Shown: positions 37,335 to 47,444 of the stretch, one piece after another
Position numbering within the stretch: the stretch's first letter is position 1
Layout: each line of letters opens with the position of its first letter
From: an uncultured archaeon
GTDB lineage: Archaea > Asgardarchaeota > Lokiarchaeia > Sigyniarchaeales > SOKP01
Assembly (NCBI GenBank): GCA_964508365.1
Contig: CAZDTP010000025.1
Coordinates: forward strand, 1 to 50,013
Direction of reading: 5' to 3'
Length of the DNA: 50,013 bases
The notes under the pieces: model-generated
The model's input: only the letters and a program-made list of their open reading frames with translations
Told to the model about the DNA's origin: nothing
The model's database searches: none
Position numbers and translations under genes: made by a program

Positions 37335-38093
37335 TTAATAACTTTGGTAGATATTTTCCTCAGTTGGGTAAATCCTTGATTCCATAACCAAATCATTAAT
37401 ATAAGTTCTCAGTTTGTTTTCAGAAACATTCATTCTTCGCTGTAGTTCTTCAAGGCTTATTCCGTTCCCGTTTTGTGAATACTCATAAATTATACCAAAA
37501 ATCTCCTCTTTAATTTTATCTACCTTAGGCGATTCCGTTTCACTAAACAATTTTTCTACATCAATATCGCTCGGAATATCGTCAAAAAACGAATCTTCTT
37601 CTAGCTCAGAACCGATAACAGTATCTTCAGGGATCTCAACGAGATTTCCTGATTTGATCTTTTTAATTACATCAGCTTCTCTTAATAAAACATAGTTAGG
37701 ATTGATTATTTTCTTGATAAAGGCAATGTTATTAATTTGAACTTTTTCACCAAAAAAACCTACCCTTCCTAATACATCAACTGATACTCCTTTATTTAAA
37801 TCTCCAAAATTTTCTACATCTACATCCCACTTTACCGCAGAAATTATACCTGTGCCATCATCAAGTTCAAATCTTAAATTAGTGCTAACTTCTTCTGATG
37901 TAGAATTTATATCGCTATTTCTCTTACTCATAAATTCTTCTCGATTAGTGATCGTAGCAACAATTCTAACTCTTTTAAGAGTTCCAAAAATAGTATATAG
38001 TGAATTTTCAGTAGCATTATACCTACCTTCTAACAGATGCTTTATACAACAACGAATTGGAGGCGTATATTCGTAGGATCTTGCGTCACTCAT
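37335..38093 (-). CDS. RPA32-like subunit (OB fold plus C-terminal winged helix)
   Basis: RVRIVATI, FELDDGTGII OB fold; C-terminal GISLEEL...LVMESRIY. Confidence 0.78.
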   Translation of the reverse strand: MSDARSYEYTPPIRCCIKHLLEGRYNATENSLYTIFGTLKRVRIVATITNREEFMSKRNSDINSTSEEVSTNLRFELDDGTGIISAVKWDVDVENFGDLNKGVSVDVLGRVGFFGEKVQINNIAFIKKIINPNYVLLREADVIKKIKSGNLVEIPEDTVIGSELEEDSFFDDIPSDIDVEKLFSETESPKVDKIKEEIFGIIYEYSQNGNGISLEELQRRMNVSENKLRTYINDLVMESRIYPTEENIYQSY

Positions 38094-38218
38094 AATTCTT
38101 TTTTTTTAATTTTCTTTTTTGCTTGATAGTATTTTTCAATTTATATCACATAAAGAATTGATTATTAAACACTAAATATAACCTAATAACTCTAAATTTT
38201 ATACTTTTCTGTTATGAA

Positions 38219-38482
38219 TTGGTTGAAACGCTTAAAGAAACCCTTCAAAATTTAAATGAACTCCCAATTTCAGAAATGATTAAAATATACAATGATTTAA
38301 TAGAAGAGCATAGTTTGCCTAAATACCTAAAACTGTCTGTAAACAATCTAAAACGTAATATTGCTTTAATTGGGTATAAAAATCACCACAAGGAATGGTA
38401 TATTAATCGAAATTTAAATTTAAGACTTAATGCGAATGCATTTAAGAAAAAATTAATAGAACTCCTTGAGAAAAGTAAATAA
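38219..38482 (+). CDS. Small hypothetical protein
   Basis: 87-aa ORF; no motif recognised. Confidence 0.5.
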   Translation: MVETLKETLQNLNELPISEMIKIYNDLIEEHSLPKYLKLSVNNLKRNIALIGYKNHHKEWYINRNLNLRLNANAFKKKLIELLEKSK

Positions 38483-38498
38483 CATAAAGAAAAATAAG

Positions 38499-38639
38499 TA
38501 GCGGGGGTTCGAATCCCAATCTGCTGGAAACCAGCGATGCAAGATTTTTGAACGAACGACTCTGACGCTAGCTCGTAAGAGGGCAAGCGTTCTCAGGGTT
38601 ATGAGCCCTGCGGCATAAACCAGGCTAGCCCACCCCGCT
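38499..38639 (-). tRNA. Initiator tRNA-Met(CAT) with two introns: 46/47 (38560-38590, 31 nt) and 59/60 (38513-38546, 34 nt)
   Basis: A1:U72 pair and three G-C pairs in the anticodon stem; BHB CTGA/TCAG with bulges GAA/AGT, and TTCA/TGGG with bulges AAA/ATT; spliced T-stem GTTCG/CGAAC. Confidence 0.92.
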
Positions 38640-38867
38640 ATGTTTTTTTTTGAGTACCACTAGTAAGTTTCAAATCTTATAATTATTTTATATTTTAATT
38701 TTTTTCCATTTTTATTGCGATTATTAAGGATTTCTTCTGATTAAAACATTTTCATCTAATTTTTTCTATTAATTTCTTTTCATTTTTAAAGTGGATATTA
38801 GTGGTGTTTTTGTAGTATAATGTATATTAACATGTAATTATTTAAAATAACACACAAATTTATCGAA

Positions 38868-39587
38868 ATGGCTGATTCTCATTCAAAAAGCTTTTTTGGG
38901 CAGAATACAGGAATAATCGTTAGCAGTTCTTCAAGCTCAGACCCATTTATGTTTATCCATTGCTTTAAAAAAAAACCGAACGGAGTTTGGGAAAAACCTT
39001 CTTCTAGCGAGGGCAAAGCGATTAAGTTATCATTAGAAGAGATTGTAATGATATTAAGAGTTTTAAATAATAAAACTCATAAATGGCAATGTCAACACAT
39101 CTTTAAAGGTAAAGAATCCTCCGTATCTTTTAATTGGGAAGATAACAATCATGATGTTCTTTGGATTAATGTAGATAAATACTCAAAAAGGCTCAATTTA
39201 GCTCAAACTGAAATTTTGCGACTTCTTTTAATCCACTTCCTTGATGAAAAAATAATCTATTCTACTTTACAAAAAAAAGGTAATACTGACAGAATAAAGA
39301 AACACAATCAAAAAAATCAATTTCAATCAGACGAAATTAACACCCCACTAGGCAATCAAAACCTTCCTCGTGAACTTAATAAGGCAAAAAAAGACCCAAA
39401 TGACACCAGTAATCTTTATGGATCCATCGTAGGAGAAACGGAAAAAGCAGTTTTAATTGACTTTACAAAAAAAGAAGAGTGGATACCAAAATCTGCCATT
39501 AATAACCTATATCTTCCGCAGAAAAATGTTAAACAAAAATTTATGATTAATAATTGGATTTTAAAGAAGTTAGAATTAATTTTATAG
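38868..39587 (+). CDS. Two-domain hypothetical protein, possibly nucleic-acid binding
   Basis: 239-aa ORF; C-terminal ETEKAVL...WIPKS small beta domain. Confidence 0.65.
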   Translation: MADSHSKSFFGQNTGIIVSSSSSSDPFMFIHCFKKKPNGVWEKPSSSEGKAIKLSLEEIVMILRVLNNKTHKWQCQHIFKGKESSVSFNWEDNNHDVLWINVDKYSKRLNLAQTEILRLLLIHFLDEKIIYSTLQKKGNTDRIKKHNQKNQFQSDEINTPLGNQNLPRELNKAKKDPNDTSNLYGSIVGETEKAVLIDFTKKEEWIPKSAINNLYLPQKNVKQKFMINNWILKKLELIL

Positions 39588-39680
39588 CTATTAAAAACAT
39601 TTTTAAAATAAAAAGAATAACCTTAATTTTTACTCTAAATTAACCTTTTTATTACGTGAATTAGCGATTACTAGCGTTTT

Positions 39681-41474
39681 ATGACCTTACTCGATCTTAT
39701 TATAGATTTTTTGTTAAACCCTTGGTTTATAATATCTTTAATTTTTTGGGTTATTGTGATTATTTTTGTCTTTTTACTCAGAAACAAAAAAGAGGCTTAC
39801 ACTTTCTTTTTCCCTTTACTCGCTATGTTTAAGACCAAAAAACTCAATAACCTCATTCGAAGAATATCGAAAAAAAGCCCTAGATTTTGGAGGGTATTTT
39901 GGAATATAGGTATATTCGTATCTTTTGGATTTACAATTTATGGCTTTTACTTTTTCTTTACGAACATTTTAAACCTTTTTATCCAACCTAGCATAGAAAA
40001 CGCTATTGTCCCACTTATTCCCGGGGTTACTATCGACTTACCCGTTTTCTTTTATCTGTTATTGCCATTATTATTTATTATGACTACTCATGAGTTTGCT
40101 CATGGCATTTCTGCGAATATTGACGGCGTAGACATTAAATCAACAGGTGTACTCGGAGCTGGTTTGTTTTTTTTAGTTGGATTTGGCGCTTTTGTAGAAG
40201 TTGATGAAAGAGAATTAAGATCCCCCAAATTTAAAAGAAACACCCGGTTTAGAATAGCTACTTCAGGAACATTTGTGAATGCTATAACTGCAGGTGTGGC
40301 GTTCCTATTAATATTAAGTTTTCCAACTCTTGTTTCTCCTTTCTACGGACAGGTGACCCAAGTTTATAGCGTGTTAACACCTCAAGACGGAGGTTTTAAT
40401 TATGGAAATCTTGAGAGTGGTGATGCTATCGTTGCAATCAAACATCAAAACGATCCAGATAGCCAATTTTTAAACCTTGATTTAAATCAGGGCATAAGCC
40501 TTACTTCAATACTAAGTAACTCTACTCGCGTTAAATTCGCAATAGGAGAAAATCTAACTTTTAATATTTACAATCCGTATAGCGATTCTTACTCTGAGAA
40601 AAATGTTACTGTAGGTCCTCGATATGATATAGGAATCCGTTATGAGTATATACCAAACGGTACAGGATTAATAATTACCTATAATTACTCGAGTAGTACT
40701 GAAACTAACATAGTGATCTCAAAAGTGAACGGAACAGCTATTAATACCTCAAATGGCAAAACTTTAGAACTGTTGCTAACCGACTTTAATCTAAAAGCGA
40801 TAAACCTTACAACAAACACAGGAAGCGATTACATTTTAGATGTAGAAATTGTTGGTGTTTTCATTGGTGTTCAAAGTAATTCTTATTGGATGCATAAAAA
40901 TGACTTGGCAAAATTATTTACGAGTAATTGGCCTGATTTTCTCATCAAAGAGCTTTTATGGCTTTTTGTTATCGCATTTAGTATAACTATCTTTAATATG
41001 ATGCCCCTGCCCATTTTTGATGGGGATAGATTTGTAAAAGAATTAATTAATTGGATATTTGGCGAAGACTATAAAACTAAAAAGAAAAAAACAGATCGAT
41101 TAGTCTATAAAGGAACCGATACGGAGTGCAAATTAACAGAATACCGGGTTGAAAATATAGAATATGTTAAAATTTTATTGAAGGAGGATTATAAGAGCAA
41201 TCAAAATGGTGAGGTCCTCTTGGGAAAAGATAATTATGAATTAATTGACTCAATAGGAGACGGATATAAAGACACAGTATCTGTGAAACTTCCTGAGACT
41301 ACGAAACTAAAAAAGAATTCAGTTTTTGAGGTCTCTTTCGAATACTGGTACGATAATAAACGAAAAATAAAAAATAATGTCTTAAATGCGATAAGAATTG
41401 TAGCGTTAAGTCTCATTCTTGGGAACTTCGTGTTATCATATCTGATGTTTGGATTTGATCTTTTTTGGATTTAA
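39681..41474 (+). CDS. Site-2 protease (M50) intramembrane metalloprotease with large soluble insert
   Basis: HEFAH in a TM segment, GAFVE, NMMPLPIFDG. Confidence 0.92.
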   Translation: MTLLDLIIDFLLNPWFIISLIFWVIVIIFVFLLRNKKEAYTFFFPLLAMFKTKKLNNLIRRISKKSPRFWRVFWNIGIFVSFGFTIYGFYFFFTNILNLFIQPSIENAIVPLIPGVTIDLPVFFYLLLPLLFIMTTHEFAHGISANIDGVDIKSTGVLGAGLFFLVGFGAFVEVDERELRSPKFKRNTRFRIATSGTFVNAITAGVAFLLILSFPTLVSPFYGQVTQVYSVLTPQDGGFNYGNLESGDAIVAIKHQNDPDSQFLNLDLNQGISLTSILSNSTRVKFAIGENLTFNIYNPYSDSYSEKNVTVGPRYDIGIRYEYIPNGTGLIITYNYSSSTETNIVISKVNGTAINTSNGKTLELLLTDFNLKAINLTTNTGSDYILDVEIVGVFIGVQSNSYWMHKNDLAKLFTSNWPDFLIKELLWLFVIAFSITIFNMMPLPIFDGDRFVKELINWIFGEDYKTKKKKTDRLVYKGTDTECKLTEYRVENIEYVKILLKEDYKSNQNGEVLLGKDNYELIDSIGDGYKDTVSVKLPETTKLKKNSVFEVSFEYWYDNKRKIKNNVLNAIRIVALSLILGNFVLSYLMFGFDLFWI

Positions 41475-41487
41475 TTAAAACGCGGAT

Positions 41488-42489
41488 GTGATTTTCATTA
41501 ACAATTTTGATAGTTCCTATAATGTTTTTCTTAAAACTGCTACTTGCGACTATTGCAATAAAAATTCTCTAGTAGTCCACAGAAAATATTCTGGGGAATT
41601 AATATGTACTAATTGTTTTACGAAAAGAATTGAGAAAAATATTTCTCAGACAATATCTAAATATAATATGATAAAACCAAATGATAAAATCGTTGTTGGT
41701 ATTTCTGGTGGAAAAGATTCTCTCTCTTTACTATATAACATTAAACTTATTCAAGCAAATAGTTATCATTCGAATCCCATAATAGCAGTAACCATTGATG
41801 AAGGAATTAGAGACTATAGAACTAATAGTATAAAGAATGCAATTGAATTCTGTAAACTACATAAAATCGACCATGAAATTGTTTCGTTTAAAGAGATAAC
41901 CGGTAAAACATTAGATGAGATAGTAGAATTGAAAAAGAACGCAACCAAAAATATATACGCATGCAATTTTTGTGCTACGCTTAGGAGAAGAATTTTAAAC
42001 GAAACCGCAAAAAACTTAGGTGCTGATGTCCTCGCAATGGGTCATAATTTAACAGATATAGCAGAAACTTATTTAATGAATATTCTTTTTAAAAGATTTA
42101 AGCTAATTGCTAATCAATATCTTTTTAAAGAAGAAAGTAAAGAAGTAAAGAAGTACTTCATTAGGCGAATCACTCCGCTAATAAAAATTCCAGAAGAAGA
42201 AATATTCCTTTATGCAAACCTGAAAAAAATTAACTATTACCCTTCACATTGCCCCTATAGAGAGCAAGATCCAATTTTAAGGAAACGTGTGTTAGAATTC
42301 ATTCAGGAATGCAAAAAATTCAGCCCCGAAATAGAATTCAATTTACTCAACGGATTTTTGGAGATGTCTGAAGTTTTTTCTAAACATTACATACCTGAAT
42401 CTTATAATTCTTGCAAAAAATGTGGGTATCCGTGTGGAAAAACAAATATCTGTTTATACTGTAAATATCTAAGTGAGTTCCGTAACTAA
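41488..42489 (+). CDS. ttuA: TtuA/Ncs6 (Ctu1) tRNA 2-thiolation protein
   Basis: CDYC..C..C, SGGKDS, CNFC..LRR, GHNLTD, CPY, C-terminal CKKC...CLYC. Confidence 0.88.
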   Translation: MIFINNFDSSYNVFLKTATCDYCNKNSLVVHRKYSGELICTNCFTKRIEKNISQTISKYNMIKPNDKIVVGISGGKDSLSLLYNIKLIQANSYHSNPIIAVTIDEGIRDYRTNSIKNAIEFCKLHKIDHEIVSFKEITGKTLDEIVELKKNATKNIYACNFCATLRRRILNETAKNLGADVLAMGHNLTDIAETYLMNILFKRFKLIANQYLFKEESKEVKKYFIRRITPLIKIPEEEIFLYANLKKINYYPSHCPYREQDPILRKRVLEFIQECKKFSPEIEFNLLNGFLEMSEVFSKHYIPESYNSCKKCGYPCGKTNICLYCKYLSEFRN

Positions 42490-42491
42490 TT

Positions 42492-43478
42492 TCATTTAAC
42501 GAGTTGCTCTCCAAATATTTTCAAATTGTCATATTCTCTGATTTCTCCCCTAAAAAGTGGAATCTCGATTATATTTTTTCCGAGTTCATCTCTAAAGACT
42601 TTCTGAATTTTAAGCAAATTACTAGCTTGCATCTTTCTTCTCGATCGGCAAAAATCACATAAATCATCGTCATCTTGATATAATTGGTTCACAACAATAT
42701 TTGAAACAGGAATATTATATTTTAATAATTCGTTTAAAAGGCGCCCCGTTTCTGAAATAGCCATTTCTTCTGGTATCATTACTACAACAAACGAATTTTT
42801 CATAGGGTTAGTAAGATCATCTCGTGCTCTAATGATTGAATCTTTTAATCTCTCTAATACTTCTAAAGAATTATCTTTCTTTTTTTTTTCCCCGCTTGTA
42901 AAAAAACTCTTCATCATTCCCATAAGATTTCCTAATTTTAATCTCATCTTCAACAGTTTACCTATCCAACCTGACAATGTTTCTGGAAGGCTCAAAAATC
43001 TCAAGGTATGACCCGTTGGTGCCGTGTCAAATATAACTAAATCGTAATCGTGATCCGTCTCTATGAATTCTAAAACCTTTAATAATGCGAAAGCTTCGTC
43101 TATCCCCGGAGGGCTCATCGAGGTAATATCTTGTAAATCTTCCATCATTGGCAATCCGCCCATTATATCCGGCATCTCCGTTCCTTCTACCGGGTTCATG
43201 CTAGTTAAACCTCTATATTCTGACATATCCGCTTTAGGATCTATTTCTAAAGCAGTTAAGCGTTCTACACCGGGTATTTTTGTTGGTTCGCCGGGAGGAA
43301 GTGCTATCCCGAAACTGTCTCCTAAAGAATGAGCAGGGTCAGTACTGATAATTAAAGTGTTTCTTCCATGCTCTGCGGTCCATATCGCAGAACTTGAAGC
43401 GCAAGTTGTTTTCCCGACACCTCCCTTTCCACCAAACATTATTATTTTTAAAGTTAATAACATTTCAGGTAAGTTCAT
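42492..43478 (-). CDS. Get3/TRC40/ArsA ATPase (single domain)
   Basis: GGKGGVGKTT, STDPAHSL, PGIDEA, DTAPTGHT, CDFC dimerisation motif. Confidence 0.92.
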   Translation of the reverse strand: MNLPEMLLTLKIIMFGGKGGVGKTTCASSSAIWTAEHGRNTLIISTDPAHSLGDSFGIALPPGEPTKIPGVERLTALEIDPKADMSEYRGLTSMNPVEGTEMPDIMGGLPMMEDLQDITSMSPPGIDEAFALLKVLEFIETDHDYDLVIFDTAPTGHTLRFLSLPETLSGWIGKLLKMRLKLGNLMGMMKSFFTSGEKKKKDNSLEVLERLKDSIIRARDDLTNPMKNSFVVVMIPEEMAISETGRLLNELLKYNIPVSNIVVNQLYQDDDDLCDFCRSRRKMQASNLLKIQKVFRDELGKNIIEIPLFRGEIREYDNLKIFGEQLVK

Positions 43479-43567
43479 ATTAATCTACAATAATTTTTTT
43501 CGTCTATATCTGTAATACTCTTACATTTTTTTTATGAGGCTCTAAAATAAATACTAAAAAATTTACT

Positions 43568-44854
43568 CTAATAAGTTAATTTAAATCGAAGAATCGCGAC
43601 CATTCCACCGAAAGTGCTATATAACATCTCTCCTTCTTCTGTATCCGGAGAAATTATTATTACATCAGTTCCCATCGTTTCTGCGATGGAACCAAGCGCT
43701 TCAATTATTAAAACAGTACTACTTACATTAAAGGCGTTAGAACCGCAATCAGGGCAACTCTCATCTTGAATAAACAACTCTAATTTATCTAGTTCCCGCT
43801 CCCTTGCTGTTCTAGATTCTTTGTAATTACAATTGGAACAAGTGATATGTACTTGATAGGTATCTAATTTTTCAGAAAGAATTAATTTGTCTACGGCACC
43901 CATATTTAAAGCTTTTTGTACTTCCTCAAGACCGTATGCGACTAATCCAGTATCGTTTGAAATTTCCTTCAGAAATAATTGCATTACTTGTTTTTCTCTA
44001 ATGTACTTTACATTTGCTATTTGATCTTTTATTTTTTCTACCAACGCCCGGACTCCCTCAATTCCACCATAACCAAGATCAACAACATCTAAAATTTTTT
44101 CTCGTAATCGATAATCTAAGCTTTCGTCGTTTACAAATTTTTCTTTAGAAGGTCCAGGTCCGCCTATGAAAATTCCTTGTAAGTCTTCCATGCCTAAAAA
44201 TAATTTGTTGACTTCATCAGAGATTCTTCTGTAAAACCTAGTTTCTGCTTCTTCCATTTGCCGTTCGAATCTTTTCTGAGACTGACCTCCAGCTCTATGC
44301 TTACCATGGACCCCTGAAGTAAAATCCCTCACTATTTCCAAATGGTTTCCTCTTAAGTATCCTACAGCAGACTCCTTTCTTCCTATACAAAGTAATCCAT
44401 AAGTTTCCTTTGTTTCGAGCATATCTTCTAGCGGCCATAATAGAAACTCACTTGCACAATGATATCTAAAAGTTAAGACTTTTTCAGGGGGATGTACAAT
44501 ATATAATTCATTCCTCTCTGTCCCAGGAGTATTATTTTGCGGGATCGCACCAGAAAACATAACTAAGCCATTCTCAGGAACATCATTAATATTTTTCAGT
44601 TGACCTACTATACTTGATATGCTATCTAAAACATTTTTTCGCGTTAATTTTGACTTTATATTCTGACTTTCGCTTACTTCATTCTTAAGATGATTGGTAA
44701 CATCAGAAATCTTACGATCGTGAGGAATATATAACGAAACTAACTCCGTGTGAAAACCCTTTTTCTCCTTTAACTGATTAAGTAACCTCTTTGTTTGATA
44801 TATTTGTAAATCATTACTTTTACTCTCTTCGGTTAAAGCCATACGAATCAACAA
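43568..44854 (-). CDS. prf1: Peptide chain release factor aRF1
   Basis: NIKS, YxCxxxF, GGQ motifs; Zn-ribbon insert in domain 3. Confidence 0.97.
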   Translation of the reverse strand: MLIRMALTEESKSNDLQIYQTKRLLNQLKEKKGFHTELVSLYIPHDRKISDVTNHLKNEVSESQNIKSKLTRKNVLDSISSIVGQLKNINDVPENGLVMFSGAIPQNNTPGTERNELYIVHPPEKVLTFRYHCASEFLLWPLEDMLETKETYGLLCIGRKESAVGYLRGNHLEIVRDFTSGVHGKHRAGGQSQKRFERQMEEAETRFYRRISDEVNKLFLGMEDLQGIFIGGPGPSKEKFVNDESLDYRLREKILDVVDLGYGGIEGVRALVEKIKDQIANVKYIREKQVMQLFLKEISNDTGLVAYGLEEVQKALNMGAVDKLILSEKLDTYQVHITCSNCNYKESRTARERELDKLELFIQDESCPDCGSNAFNVSSTVLIIEALGSIAETMGTDVIIISPDTEEGEMLYSTFGGMVAILRFKLTY

Positions 44855-44935
44855 AAATTAGAAAGATCCAAAAGATTAATAGTTTTTCTTTATTTCAAAC
44901 TATATAAACAACTATATATGTGAAACCTTTAAATT

Positions 44936-45745
44936 ATGACTACTAATAATAACCAAGATCACGATGTCCCTAAAGATCATCCCCGTTCTGAAAGTCTAAA
45001 ATATCGACAAAAAATAATTGAGGGAATGAAAACATTAGTTGTAGCTGAAGCGGGTTTGATCGCGCATGGTAGAGGAGAATGTTTTGATTATATGTTAGGG
45101 GAAAAAACCAATATCCCAGCAAAGGAAGCTATAAAAGTAGCAGTTGCGTTGCTTCTTACAGCAACACATGCCATTATTAGCGTTAACGGGAACACTGCAG
45201 CTTTATGTCCAAATGAGTTGGTAGAACTATCAGAGATTATAAATGCACCACTTGAAATTAACTTATTTTATAGAAAGGAAGGCAGGATTGAAGCAATTAA
45301 GAATTTATTACAGGGTGCGGGAGCTAAAAAGATTTTGGGACTCGACGAACAAAATATGGTCGAAATAGAAGAATTATCTAGCAATAGAAGAAATGTGGAT
45401 CCAAACGGCATAAAAATAGCTGATGTCGTATTCGTCCCCCTAGAGGACGGAGATAGAACAGAAGCTTTAAAAAAAATTGGGAAAAAAGTAGTCGCAGTCG
45501 ATTTAAATCCAATAAGTAGAACTTCCTTATGGGCTGATATTACAATCGTAGACAATATCATAAGAGTATTGCCGGAAATGATTAAGATTGCAAAGAAATT
45601 AAAAAACGCCAATGAAAAAGATTTGAAAAATATTATAGAAAAGTTTGATAATAAAAAAAATATTCAATTGACTTTAGACGCAATAATTAAATACACAAAA
45701 CAACAAAAAAAAGACGCTTTTATAAAATTAAGAAACAGCATTTAA
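44936..45745 (+). CDS. pps: 4-phosphopantoate--beta-alanine ligase (phosphopantothenate synthetase)
   Basis: HPRSESL, AHGRGECFDY.LGE, ISVNGN, VPLEDGDR, VDLNPISRT. Confidence 0.94.
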   Translation: MTTNNNQDHDVPKDHPRSESLKYRQKIIEGMKTLVVAEAGLIAHGRGECFDYMLGEKTNIPAKEAIKVAVALLLTATHAIISVNGNTAALCPNELVELSEIINAPLEINLFYRKEGRIEAIKNLLQGAGAKKILGLDEQNMVEIEELSSNRRNVDPNGIKIADVVFVPLEDGDRTEALKKIGKKVVAVDLNPISRTSLWADITIVDNIIRVLPEMIKIAKKLKNANEKDLKNIIEKFDNKKNIQLTLDAIIKYTKQQKKDAFIKLRNSI

Positions 45746-45843
45746 AGCTTTTAATTAATTAAAAAAGCTTAAAAAGTTCTAAAATAATATTTATTTAGCA
45801 ACTATTTAATATATAAAGAACAATATCTAAGACTCATATAATT

Positions 45844-46368
45844 ATGGGCACAGACAAAGATACGCAGATCAAATACTCTGGCAATTTTAGCGATACTAAT
45901 CCTATTGTTGTAAGAAGATGTACTTTAGAGGATCTAGAAGGCGTTATCGAAGTAAACGAACAAGAATTACCAGAAGACTACCCCTATTTTTTTTATAAAA
46001 GTATCTTAGATAATTATCCTGAGTCATTCCTCATAGCGTGTAACAGTAATGAAGAAATTATTGGATACATAATGTGGAGAGTTGAAAGAACCCCCGCAAT
46101 TACTAGTCTGAAATTAAAAAATAATGGCCATTTAGTGTCTATTGCAGTCTCAAAAAGCTACAGGCGATTAGGAGTTGCTATGACGCTGTTATCTCACTCT
46201 ATGAAAAAAATAAAAAAATACAAAGTTGACGAGTTTGTGTTAGAAGTAAGGATTAGTAACTACGAGGCTATTAACCTATACAAGAAATTTAATTTCCAAA
46301 CTCACAGCATAAAAGAAAAGTATTATAGAGACGGGGAAAATGCCTATTACATGACCCTCAAAGCGTAA
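45844..46368 (+). CDS. N-terminal acetyltransferase (Ard1/RimI, NAA10-like GNAT)
   Basis: LPEDYP, GHLVSIAV..YRRLGVA, LEVRISN..AINLY, YYRDGENAY. Confidence 0.92.
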   Translation: MGTDKDTQIKYSGNFSDTNPIVVRRCTLEDLEGVIEVNEQELPEDYPYFFYKSILDNYPESFLIACNSNEEIIGYIMWRVERTPAITSLKLKNNGHLVSIAVSKSYRRLGVAMTLLSHSMKKIKKYKVDEFVLEVRISNYEAINLYKKFNFQTHSIKEKYYRDGENAYYMTLKA

Positions 46369-46376
46369 ATCTCAAA

Positions 46377-47381
46377 TTAAAACGAACTTTCTAAACCTTT
46401 AATTAAAGCAGTTAATATCTCATTTGTAACTACTTCTATCCCTAATTTTTTACCAAATTCTACAATTCTGCCGTTTATGAAGTCAATTTCGGTAGGTTTT
46501 CCCTTTAAAACATCCTGTAACATTGAATTTTTGTTGTTATACGTTTTCTTAGCTACAGCATACATTAACTCTACATAATCTCTATTCGATAAATCTATGT
46601 GCTTCATGTGTGCTACTTCTAAAGCCTCCTTAACCGCATTTCCCATCATTTTTCTTAAAGAATTTCTCTCTAATAGCTGACCATTTTTTAAGCCTGTAAG
46701 AGCACCTATTGCATTAATACCAATATTTACAAAAACTTTTTCCCAAGAACATTTAATTATGTCCTCAACAATTTCTGTCTGCAAACCCCCAGCGCTCAAT
46801 AGATTCTTTAAAACCATTAAACTCTCCTCTGCTCTACCGTAATCTTTAACATTTAGATTATCTGGTTTTAAATATGCAAATCCAATTTTTGTAAAACCTA
46901 CACCAGTGTGACGCACACGCCCATGATTCTCTAACAGAGCACCGTGAGATGTAACTATTCTTAGAATCTTATCCTCGTTGCAATATTCTTTTACTAACGC
47001 CTCGTTACCAATACCATTTTGTAGGATTATAAACCAGTTACTTGATTCAATTATACTCTTAAACTGAACCATGGCTCTCTCGGTATCGTATGCCTTTGTC
47101 GTTAGAAAAAGGAAATCAAACTTAGATGCATCACCTATTTCTGAGGATCCCGTAAAATCATTCGCACTTTCGTAAGCCTTAACGTTTTTTAAATACAACT
47201 CTTTATTGCCAGCAATCAAGCGTAAACCTTCCTTCTTTATCGCAAGCGCGTGATTTCTCCTTCCAAAAAAAATAATCTCTAAAGGATTCTCGTCAGAGTG
47301 AACAGACGCAAGATATCCTCCGAACAGACTACCTATAGACCCCGCTCCAATAAATCCAATTTTAACTACTTTTCGACTCAA
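46377..47381 (-). CDS. panE: 2-dehydropantoate 2-reductase
   Basis: GAGSIG, TKAYD, LQNGIG, WEKVFVNIGIN, NSMLQD, EIDFING. Confidence 0.93.
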   Translation of the reverse strand: MSRKVVKIGFIGAGSIGSLFGGYLASVHSDENPLEIIFFGRRNHALAIKKEGLRLIAGNKELYLKNVKAYESANDFTGSSEIGDASKFDFLFLTTKAYDTERAMVQFKSIIESSNWFIILQNGIGNEALVKEYCNEDKILRIVTSHGALLENHGRVRHTGVGFTKIGFAYLKPDNLNVKDYGRAEESLMVLKNLLSAGGLQTEIVEDIIKCSWEKVFVNIGINAIGALTGLKNGQLLERNSLRKMMGNAVKEALEVAHMKHIDLSNRDYVELMYAVAKKTYNNKNSMLQDVLKGKPTEIDFINGRIVEFGKKLGIEVVTNEILTALIKGLESSF

Positions 47382-47444
47382 AGGTTAACTAACTCTTCTT
47401 AGCAATAAAAATCCTACTCAGTTCTCAAATGATACTCACGCATA

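Noticed and set aside
3413-45612. Antisense and alternate-frame ORFs overlapping well-supported genes (e.g. 3815-4168, 17195-17548, 32739-33308, 45268-45612)
   Set aside because: Shadows of conserved genes with no independent motifs.
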